A stretch of DNA of 64,000 nucleotides, taken from Amphiscolops sp. MND2022. Its lineage: Eukaryota. The DNA lies in assembly GCA_964187785.1 (NCBI GenBank), contig OZ076421.1, positions 48,112,001 through 48,176,000 on the forward strand, written 5' to 3'. This document shows positions 28,301 through 40,300 of this stretch, in pieces. Numbering within the stretch: the stretch's first letter is position 1; every line of letters begins with the position of its first letter. Below the pieces are notes generated by a model that was not told where the DNA came from, searched no databases, and saw only the letters and a list, made by a program, of their open reading frames with translations. A program made the position numbers and the translations under genes.

Positions 28301-31300
28301 CGATGTGCCCCTGCTGTTACTCACAACCAACTCGTGGATTTAGTTTTTTGCTGGTGCCACGCGAGTGGATTGTAGATTGTAAACCCCGGGTTGGAAATCA
28401 ACCGCAGTCCACCGGTGGTCACCGATTGTTCTACCGATGGTACAAGGATGATGCAGGTCCAGCAAAAATCGGCAGAAGTTGAACAGAACTATAGAGCAAA
28501 AATTGAAAAAGGCGCAATTTTCACGGAAACCATGGGATTCAAGTCTACTGTTGAATACAATTGAGATCTATATTTGGATACATCAAAATCAATAAATTAT
28601 GAAAATAATTTGACTACAAAATCTAGTTTTTAAGTGAAAAAAGTAACAAAAATACCCCCAAGATTGTGAAAAGCCTACCTATTTTGCGACTGCAGGATAC
28701 GTGGTGCCGAAAAGCGTCCTTAATGCTACCCGGGCCATCAAGGTAACCCTCAGAAATCAATAAGTAACAATATAACAGTAAAAACATGCATAAAACCCAA
28801 AAAAGAATGACCGTCGAAATGTGACACACTTGAAATTTGAGTTATTCGAATTTTTCAAAATAAAGTTTCAACGGTGGCCACTGGTGGATCACTGGTGGCC
28901 ACTGGTGGATCACCGGTGGCCACCGGTGGAATTACGGTTCGAAACTTATGAACGTCTTCCACCGGTGGCCACCGGTGATCCACCGGTGGTCGCCGGTGGG
29001 TTGCGGTGGGTTTCCAGTACGGGACAGCATATTATGTAGTTTTGTTATATAATACAATGTTTATTCGAAAATCATTCTTGTCATTACAACCTGTGTCCAG
29101 GTGAGTGACTTCGATGTCCTTTGGGATAGTCCAATAACCCTAACCCTGGGGACGCGTTGTCAAGTTTAATATAGCAGATGATGGTATTGCTTGATCTGCT
29201 ACTATCTACAAATCATATGGCTGTTTCCCCCAATTGTTAAACGTGTGTTCTCGCACTAGTTGTTGTTTCCTGTGATCAATGAATCAAGGGGCACTTATTT
29301 TCCACACCATTTGAGAAAACTCCAACGAAATCCGGTCAAAAACCTAGGTTTTGGCGTACTACTAGTAATCGTTGAATGAACTTGTGGTGTAGATCGATAT
29401 TGAGCGCTCGTTAAAAAACATTGTAACTTGCAAGCCATCGTAAATCACGTGAACGCTCGATTAAAACAGCGCATATTGCCGCGATGAAAGCTTTTCACCA
29501 AATAGAGCTTACCGTTCACTTCAGTTCACCGGTACCGGTTCTAGTTACTATCAAGTTTGACAATGATCCTTTTTGACTTTGCTGTCTAGTCCAAACCAAG
29601 TTCAAAGTACAATTGCCTGTCAAAAGTTCATCTTTTTGAAATGCTTTTACCGTTTAAAAGTCAAAACTCCCAGCTTAATTACTTGATAATCTGGCACAGC
29701 TGCAAAGGTAGTGGACGCTTAGGAACCTAACTCCTCCTTTCCCAGTCTTTTTGAAGGTAGTTAACAGGGTCTTAAGATTAGTTGTTAGGTTTTGTCACAA
29801 CTTTGGGTAGGCTCATTGGAACGGTAAAATATGGTCTGAGCAAATATCTCATTTTCATTGTTTATTATCTTCTCTGTCAAATGGTAACTGAGGAAAGCGA
29901 GTCAACCATTCACATCAAATTTCATCAGATGAGAACTGAATTTGAACCGAATCTTTGAATAAAATAACGATCTTTCATCTTAATTACAATGTTTCTTTAA
30001 AACTGAATCAACTTTTTAGTTTCAATTATTCTTTTCCTGATTTCGCGGGGCGCGCATGAAACAAATTCAGTTCACAATTCCTGTAAATTCTCTGGGATGC
30101 TTATGATTCGTGTTACAAGCAGCTAACATGCCTCTTGTTATTCTCTTGTAATTCCAGAACGCGATATTGGATTCTTTCTAGAAAAAAACTTATGAATATA
30201 TGATTTTTTTCCTATTTTTATTCGTTGAAAGGTAATTTTTGGCAACAAAATATGGACGATATCACTTTTTTTAATCAACTTTTGATGTTTCCAGTAAAAA
30301 CTGACCTGCAATCAACTTTTCCGAAAATAAACATTTGGCAAACTGAAACATTTGCCACTTGCCTAACCCATACAGTGCTAAAAATCTTTTTACACGTCAT
30401 TTTTGGCTTGAATTTGCCATGTACTATTCGTAAAATTCCTTTACAGTGACTGATTTGCAATTTCTGATGGATTATCAGGGAATTCCTAGGGGGAGGGGAT
30501 GTATGGGCGGTCATCCAGTTGCCCGTGATGACGTAATGACAGTGATGACGTAATGACGCAATGACGTGATGACGTGATGACGTCACTTGACTGGTACTCA
30601 CGGATGACGATGACAGTGAACTTCATGGTGTCGCTGTTGGAGCCGCCTTGGGCGATGCACTTGTAGTCTCCGTTGTCGTCCTTGTCCACTTTGGTCAAGT
30701 AGAGGGTGCCGTCCAGCCACATCTGGTACTTGGAGCTGTTCGAGATGCTGCGCCCTGCACAAACACCAAACAGAGGTCAAAGGTCACCATCACGCACACG
30801 CCACGTCACGCTCTACAGGACAGGGTCAAGGTGACACGGGGCTAGGACATTACGCCCAAAGCGGACATCACGCCCCATAGTTTGTTGTATGTATAACTAT
30901 TGGGCGTAATGCACGCTTTGGGCATAATGTCTTTGGGCGTAAAACCTCTGGGCGTAATCTCACACATACTTTACTTTAAGGATCCGAATTTGAAGAGAAT
31001 GGAAATTGATTGGATGTGGATCCTGGTAGTTTTTGTCTGATCTTGGAAGGTTTTGGTAGTTTTTGTCTGATCTTGGAAGATTTTGGAAGTTTTTATCTGA
31101 TCTTGGAAGGTTTTTGTAGTTTTTGTCTGATCTTGGAAGGTTTTGGTAGTTTTTGTCTGATCTTGGAAGATTTTGGAAGTTTTTGTCTGATCTTGGAAGA
31201 TCTTGGTAGTTTTTGTCTGATCTTGGAAGGTTTTGGTAGTTTTTGTCTGATCTTGGAAGATTTTGGTAGTTTTTGTCTGATCTTGGAAGGTTTTGGTAGT

Positions 31301-34300
31301 TTTTGTCTGATCTTGGAAGATTTTGGAAGTTTTTGTCTGATCTTGGAAGGATTTGGTAGTTTTTGTCTGATCTTGGAAGGTTTTGGTAGTTTTTGTCTGA
31401 TCTTGGAAGATTTTGGAAGTTTTTGTCTGATCTTGGAAGGTTTTGGTAGTTTTTGTCTGATCTTGGAAGGTTTTGGTAGTTTTTGTCTGATCTTGGAAGA
31501 TTTTGGAAGTTTTTGTCTGATCTTGGAAGGATTTGGTAGTTTTTGTCTGATCTTGGAAGGTTTTGGTAGTTTTTGTCTGATCTTGGAAGATTTTGGAAGT
31601 TTTTGTCTGATCTTGGAAGGTTTTGGTAGTTTTTGTCTGATCTTGGAAGGTTTTGGTAGTTTTTGTCTGATCTTGGAAGATTTTGGAAGTTTTTGTCTGA
31701 TCTTGGAAGGATTTGGTAGTTTTTGTCTGATCTTGGAAGGTTTTGGTAGTTTTTGTCTGATCTTGGAAGATTTTGGAAGTTTTTGTCTGATCTTGGAAGG
31801 TTTTGGTAGTTTTTGTCTGATCTTGGAAGGTTTTGGTAGTTTTTGTCTGATCTTGGAAGATTTTGGAAGTTTTTGTCTGATCTTGGAAGATTTTGGAAGT
31901 TTTTGTCTGATCTCATAAATGTTTTCCAAGAAATATGCAAGATATGATGTTGCAAGTATTTTTGACATACAAAATGATAGAACGTTCTGTCTGAACTTTT
32001 GGAAACACGCAAGAATTTTACAGAAAAATTATCTGACATTTCGACTGTGAGTGAGGAGACAAAAACTCAACCTAAAAAGCTTTTTTAAAATGATTATTTT
32101 ATTTCCCCTCCCATTAAAATCAAGTTATAGGGTTGAAAATGCTTCCAAAAAGTGGAAGTCCAGATTCCGATTTTGACATTTCAACAAACCATTCCCTCCC
32201 AAAGATGTCTCCCATGAACTGTAAGTAGATGGAGCATCCAATCTACTTTGTCTGATAACCTTGGAAACTCCAGGAGAAGATGGGGATGGGAATGGCGAAT
32301 GGGTTGCAGTGCAGTTTTCCAGGGTAGCCCACTTCAAACACTTGTTTCTCGTCGACCCTGGATCCGAACTGGTTCACGAAAATGGGCTCCACTTCTGAAA
32401 AATAATGCCACTTCTAGAAATAATTACGAAGACAAGCAATTTTGTAAACGAAAACCTGAACGTTGCTTTTGAAAATGCAATATTTTATTTTTATGGAAGT
32501 ATTTTCAAAAGGTTGTTCACGTTTGATTGTTTTGAAATCCAACTTTTTAAAATCTTCAAACTAGAAAGTGAAATGAAAAAATGAGAGCGTGATTGAAATG
32601 TATCGAAATAAGCAAAAGGATAAAAGGCAAAATATCATGCCCGAATGGCATGAAGGAGAATAAAAGGAATAACTTCAAAACTAAATTCGCAAAAAATACA
32701 AGAAATACCACTGTAAATACATGATTTACGATAGAAATCATTACATGCTAATCATCGTAGATGTCATTTAGTTACCTTTCAGCATCAACAAGATTCACCT
32801 TTCACCATTTCTCTATTCTACTTAAATATACATGCAAACACCACGGGAATAGCAATATTTTAACAATCGCTTATCCACTATTCTAATGCTTACCATTCCA
32901 ATTCGTTAAAAATACATGCAACCATTCATAACCATGATGTTCTTTTTCCACTCAGTAAATTATGTCCATTGCTCACGTATTCATTCAATAGCTCACGGAA
33001 ATCTCATGTAAGAGTGGGGTAACCAGTCATCAATTTTCTACTTATTCATTTAGTAACCCTTCTGATCTCAACATGCAAAGATTTAGTTCATAGCTGATGA
33101 TAGTACAGTCGTGATGTTTATCCTTGAGAGCAAAATGAGTGCAAAGTCGCCATGACAATCGGTGTTATGATGACCGAGAAGTGCAGTCATAGTTTGCATA
33201 TCATCGCAATACCTGAGTTAATTGTTTGCTACGACAATTGGAACGCGGAATAGTTTTTCTCACCCAAAATTATAGATGGTGCTACTGAACACCTTTCAGT
33301 ACGCGCAATATTATTGGCTGGTATTAGTAAGTGATAAGACGCTGTAATCAGTGAAACGTCGATACTAGCAAGAACACATTACAACCTTTGTTAACACGAC
33401 TGATAGTTACCATCATACGCTGTAATCTTACGTTAGAATCTAACCTTTAAATCTTACCTTATAACCAACCTTCATACCAATAAACCTTCAAAACTTTATG
33501 GTTCTGTTGATATTATAGTAACCAGATCACAGTCCTACAATAGCAATTCAATCAAAAACCTAAATCATGAGCGACATTGAAAGTGATCATAGCGTGCCTG
33601 AAGTACTTTCTAGAGATCAAATGATCGAATTCGATAACGGAAATTAACTGAACTGTGAAAGATTTCGACCGGAACCGAATAAAACAAAGGTTCCCAGATA
33701 AGAATGGCAGATTGGCGACCTAACGAATATCGTTTTATCTCTAACTAAAAGGATTTCCTCTAACATTAGAGAAGGGAACGGACTAAACGTACTGTCAACT
33801 GAATCCAACAGCTGTTCCGACACAAATGTAATTAGGTTTGGTAACTACTGTAGTTACCCAGCTATTACCGAATACAGAGCCTACTATGTTAAAATCTCTA
33901 AAAGCTAAACTGAAGCTCATTTCTTTCTTCCTAACTTGACGTACTTAAAAATAATTGATGAAGCATGCTAAAGAATGCTTGAATGATTTCTAGCAAGTCA
34001 TTTTAAAAGTAATTTAGAGATTTTAAAGAAAAAGTGAAATATTTCGGATCTTATGAACTTCGAACCCGCATCTCATGTTTACAAAGCTAGAGCGCATCCT
34101 ATCGGGCCAAATGTCCTTGAAATTGAACAATAATGCTTGTTTGTTTTTTTCCCTAAACCCCCCATCACTCAGTGAAAATATTACAAAAAGGACTAAACAC
34201 CGCCAAAAAATAAATTTAATTTAAAGGTGACTGTTTAGGATCCAAGTACAAACTTTGTTCACATTAGTTTTCCCACTGAAGTCACTCATTCTTGATTAGA

Positions 34301-37300
34301 AAATCAACAGCTTTCTGTTTTGAGTCACAAAAATAGTTATTTCGAACATAATCACAGTCAAAGTGAGTGAAAATGCGTGTTCAATTGTAAAACTATTCCG
34401 ATATAAGTTAACTTCGTCATGGAAAAGAATTTTATTTTTAAATAGGATAGTTCTGAAGGAAATTCTGAATATTTCCATTGAGAACTTTTGATGGCGGGGG
34501 GGGGGGCAGAAAAGAACCACGATTGTTATTTGCTTTTGACCTTTTCGAATTAATTGACAATACATACGTTGCTTCTATCAGTTTTTCTATAAAAACAAAA
34601 TAGGTTGGGGGAAACTGGAAAAGTACCAAAACGTGAAATATTTTCGGACTTTGGGAGATTCGAACCCACATCTCATGTCTAGAAAGCTAGCGTGCATCCT
34701 TAAATCCTTCCCTTTAAATGTCTTTGGAAATGAACGATTATTATTTGCTTTCAATCGTATACGATTGCTTTGCCCGGGTTTCCCGACCAGGTTGATCTTA
34801 CTCTGATCATATATGGTACCATACAAATCATACAATATTTTTACTATAATCTTATCATGATCAATCTGGAATCATAATGACTGCGTTATCCTAATTTTTT
34901 CATTATGGCGCCAGGCTGATCATACTCTGGACCATAAAGGTTTATGTTTCCAGGCTGACCATACTCTGGACCATAAACCTTTATGGTCCAGAGTATGATC
35001 AACCTGTTTTCGTATGGGATGGAAACCCATGGGATGGAGTAATTTCAATAGATTGAAATGCTTGTGGGGGATTCAATCGCAGTTAGCTCACCCTCGACCA
35101 TGAGTTGCGCAGTGGACACTGCATTTCCGTGTTCGTTGTACGCCTCGCACTGGTACATTCCAGCGGCTGCCTCTTGCACGTTGATGAAGGCCAGAGCATT
35201 CCCGTTCGGACTCCTCCCCAGGCCGGCTTGGATCGGCTTGCCCTGGTAGTACCATCTGGAACAAAAACTCTTTCGATCACATTACGATACACATCTCGGG
35301 AACGAACTAGTAGGATCCAGCTAGTTCGACTTTTGCCCAATGAGAGCGCAAATATTTTTTGGAAGATTTGTCACACTTGGACCAACTTCCAATTTTCACT
35401 AACTACGCGCCTTGACTAGTTTACACCAATTTTCATTATACTCGTTGGCACAACTACAAACTTCCAGGGGTAAATGACTTACGATGATGACCATTTTACG
35501 GATTAAACAGTGTACGCTGTGTGACTGAAATCCATTTTACCGGCATGTGTATCGTAATGCTATTGATCTTTGAGCAGTTTCAAAACGAGATCTTTTGTTC
35601 AGATCACGTTTTTCCGGCATCTACAGACAAAAGAGCCTCAGTCAAAAGCGCCCAAAAGCAAAGTGCCGGGGTAATCTTCTAGCCAATTTTCCCGCTTCTA
35701 ATTAAACCTAATTGAAGATTTTCAAAGGAAATACAATGTCACTCTTAATGTCTAATTTTGGCATTTCGGAACAAAATATACTTATTTCGAAATGAAGCAA
35801 ATTGTCAATGTTTTTTAAAATTTAAAAATAGATATTTAATTGGAGTCACGATGTTAAAGTTGGCGATGAAAGAGTGTCAGCAAATCCTCTATGGAGGGAA
35901 TCCAGAAGAGAGAAATAACGCAAAAAGATCCAGTTACCAGAGATTACAAATAGCTTACGGTCCAGTCAGTCGAAGGAAGTATGTTTTCACTTGTACTAGT
36001 TTTTAGATTTTCAGGAAAATGTCTGACATACTCATCTAAATCCTACTTCGATTCTTCAAGAGTTTATAAAGGAAAATGTATTAGTAAACCTATTATGCCA
36101 CAGCGGACGAATCAAGGTATCATGTTTGACCTACTATGCTTTCTTCTATTGTCAGTTAACTAACGCTAAAGTGGTAGAGAAAATAGTACCATTATCATTT
36201 GGGCTGTGACCCGTTCCTACGTCTGAAGTTATTGTCGTTTGCTTGACGTCTCATAGAAAATGCCCATAATTTCAAAGCAAGAAAAACAGGACACAACTTG
36301 CAAAACAGCAAAAAATAGTTGGGAATTTGATGAGAGATTCAATGTTAATGTTAAACACCTACCTGTAGGCTGGCGCGGGTTCGCCACTAGCTTCGCAACT
36401 GAGTGTGAACTCCTGTGAAATACGGGCTTGGTGGTCTTCAACGTGCTTTGTTATCCGAGGCCGTTCTGAAACAGAGCAATTGATGAGAACAAAATACAAA
36501 GAAAAAATCTTGTCAAGAATGTTCTTTACACCCATGGGACTCTAACAGCACTGTCACACCTATCGTAGTATAACAGCGGCAAAATCGTGGCAAGATTTTG
36601 ATTACCAGAAAACTCAACACAAAAAACTCAACACAAGAAAACTCAACACAAGAAAACTCAACACAAGAAAACTCAACACAAGAAAACTCAACACAAAAAA
36701 ACTCAACACAAAAAAACTCAACACAAGAAAGCTCAACACAAGAAAACTCAACACATGAAAACTCAACACAAGAAAACTCAACACAAGAAAACTCAACACA
36801 AGAAAACTCAACACAAGAAAGCTCAACACAAGAAAACTCAACAAGAAAACTCAACACAAGAAAACTCAACACAAGAAAACTCAACACAAGAAAACTCAAC
36901 ACAAGAAAACTCAACACAAGAAAACTCAACACAAGAAAGCTCAACACAAGAAAACTCAACACATTTTAGGCAACTGAATACATGTAGAATATATAGTAAT
37001 CGTGATATATATTATGCATGTTAATTCCTTGTGCGTACAGCCCATAATTTATGCGTTTGACAACTTTTCCAAAAATATCTGTTTGCGTTCAAACTTTTTC
37101 TATCGTTTTGTTTTAAATGAATTAAATGTGTTGAAATGGGTGTTTTTGTGTTGAGTTTTCTGTGTCGAGTTTTTTTATGTTGAGTTTTCATGTGTTGAGT
37201 TTTCCAAACCCCCCCCCCCCCCCAAGATTTTATCATTTTATCAATGATGCAACTCGTACTACGGAAATGTTTAGTTGCAAAAAACTTCAAGTAACGAGTT

Positions 37301-40300
37301 TTTCACATCTCTGGTATGCTTCAATATCAACCCCTAGATGGGTCTTGGGCCCTTGTCCGAAGGTTGTTGCGTTCAGGAAAACTTGAAAAGTTTCATGATA
37401 GAAAGAAGTGTTTGAAGGAGAGAAATGTGTTTTGCTTGTGTTTGCCCAAAATGCTAATACTAATGATGATCCTAAACGTTGATATTTATTGTACTGGTCA
37501 AATATTCGCAGCTGCGTTCCCAACAAAAACCTGAAAAATCTAGAAAAACTCTCCGAAATCACTACTGAACCATTATTGTGACAATTCGTGGTGTATTTGG
37601 ATTAGGAACATTACTCTTTCACGTGAATTTGTAGAAATTTTTATGCATCAAAGATTCAAAACAATTGTTATAACAATTCAAGATTCATGGATCTTTTCCA
37701 TTGATGTTGCTGTGCCGCCAAAAGTTTTAACCCTCAAAAATGTTTTTTTTTTCTTCAAAAAGTCTCCATAACATCGACAGTGAGTTCTTCCTCGAATGAG
37801 GACTGCGATTTTTTTCACAATCAATAAAAAGTTACGGAATGCAAAAAGAATATAGGAAAACAAAAAGTCGTTTTTCTTATCAACAATGTACTGGACTATG
37901 TGGGTGAGTTGTTATTTGTGTCAATATAGTTTGTTCTCCGAACGACCGGCAAAAAAGTAACTAGAAAAAAGTGGAAATTTGCAAAAAATTTTCAGAAATT
38001 AGCCTTTTCTCAATATCACAGCAACTGTTTGCTAAGTTACTGTCTCACCCTTGAAAACGCATAAAGAAGTTTTTTTCAATGAAGCTTCAGCTAAGAGTTC
38101 GACCGGCATTTGAAAACTGTGGCTACTAGTCGTGGAGAAATTAAGCTTCGAAAAAATGTTGCCAATTTTTCGTCAGTTTTTCAACTTCTCGTTGTATTGT
38201 CGAGATTATTGCACCTTCAACTAAAGGTACCCTAGTCGAACCTGCCGGAAAGTTTTCCATGTTGCATCCATGCATGCATTCGAAATTTTTTGATTAACAT
38301 AGAAAATACTCTAAGCACTCATGGAGAAACTTTGTGAGATTACAATGCAGCTTCCACCGAAAACATTTTCACTTCTTAACCGCCGCGATCACTTTGTTTT
38401 GACGCGTAAGTTTTGCAAAGTAAGGACCTTATGTAATCACCGCTAGTCAAGTAGCACACTGAATATGCCGCTACTTTTAATCTTACAATGTGACTGAAGT
38501 TTACTTGCATTGAAATCGCGGTAAAATTATTGAGGTTACAGCTGCTCTCAAAATTAGAATGGATTCGCAATGAAACCTGCAAAACTTCGTATCTCGGAAT
38601 TGCCGCCAAATTTAGGATGCATTTTATAGTAAGCTTGATAAAACTAAATCGAATCAGTGAAGGTTCCTTCAGATGCATAGAAGTCTCCGTGAGATTTTTA
38701 TAAAATCATGGCAAATTAGCTTGGTAACCTACAAAAACTTGTAAAAAGTTCAAGGATCTTCAACTAGGGTATGCTGACCGAAGACAAAAAGTTCCATGGA
38801 GATGGTGACTTCCCTGTCCTGATTGCGCACCGAGCATTGGTAGTTGCCGTTGTTGTCCAGCTGGGCGCCTATGATCTCCAGCTTGGCCCCCTGGTAGCGG
38901 AAGAAGTAGTTGCCCACCTCCGGGTTTGGCACAGTCCAGCTGTACGTCAGCAAGTCGTACCTGAGCAAAAGACAGGGAGGGGGTTTGAGGTTCGAGACAC
39001 GCACATATCATCTATGGAGGATTGCCAAATAACGTAAGAGCAAATAACATAAGAACTGAATCCTTTCAAATGACAAAAATGAAATGAGTTTCACTAAACA
39101 TAATTCATAATTGAAAAGATTCACTGGAAAAAGTATGAAAACTACAGATAAATATCCCTGAGTTCGATTGTTTAACCGGGTATTCAGCTTCATTTTCATG
39201 TTTTATGAAACTAAATTCACGTTTATGTTAAATGGGACTAACTTCCGTTTTATGTTATTTGCTCCTATGTTATTTGGTACGTAATCAGCATCAATCATTA
39301 GGAATCCTTTTCGCTAGTATAAATTCACAACAGATCCTCGCTTTGACGATCCTGAGAGAAGATGTTTCTGGGTCTAACTCACTGAAGAGCAAAAGCCATT
39401 GTAATTGAAAACTGTTGACAACCAATCCGTTGCTATTTTGAGTTTACTATTTATCAACAACTCTTCAGTTTTTGATATAAGTTCCATACCAGAACAATTA
39501 GTTTAGAGCTGCAGTAAACGTTATCATTGTAATCCTCTTTTCTTTGCAAGCTATTCTCCCAGAATACAATATGGTGCAGTCAACGAGATACGATTTTGCG
39601 CGGGAATATCCAATCTGATTTCCAATCCGAAAACTAGAAAGTGACGATGTATCGTGACGAAACATATGCCGCAACGAACTAGAAATATCTTGCTAGTTCG
39701 ATTATCAGCCAATAAGAAGGCGTTACTTTTTTAAATACTAGTTAGTTGTTTTGCTCGTTACACTGTGATTTTGCATCACGCGTAGTGATTGAAATGCAGT
39801 AAGTGATTACCTTCTTCGTCCATAGCATGATATAGTATTTGAAATGATCAGTCCCATGTCATTTACTTGCTCACAAACTGAGCATTCACACTAATTCGGA
39901 AGGATTAGGTTTTCATTATTCGGAAAATCTGAAAAGATTATAGCACTGAAGTGTTTAACGCCTTTGGTTCGTGATCCCGAAAGAAGTCATTTTTCATATT
40001 TATTGTTTAGTCGGCGCTTTTCGTAGAAAAACGCAGACTGTAGTAGTGACTTTTTTCTTTTTAAAGACCAACGTGATTTTATAAGTCTTCAATATAACTG
40101 CCACGCTAATGTAGCTTTTTCTGCTTCTGATTTTTTGAGGATTTTTTGAGGTCAAGCATAAGGACGTGGATTCGAGTGCCGCCCTTGACCAAAAATTTTT
40201 CCTGTGAAGGTAATTTCGGCTTTGTGAGACTTTTTCGCAAATTTTTTCAATGTCTCCGAAGGGTCCCACCTTCATTTTTTTCTATTTTGCAAAAAATGGA

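Noticed and set aside
241-31912. CRISPR interpretation of the 30-bp arrays
   Set aside because: Units are contiguous with no unique spacers, there are no cas genes, and the context is eukaryotic.
30960-32039. 359-, 302- and 291-aa repetitive ORFs
   Set aside because: 30-bp minisatellite artefacts inside an intron.
36513-37024. QENST / RKLNT / LSFLV repeat ORFs
   Set aside because: 15-bp minisatellite artefacts.
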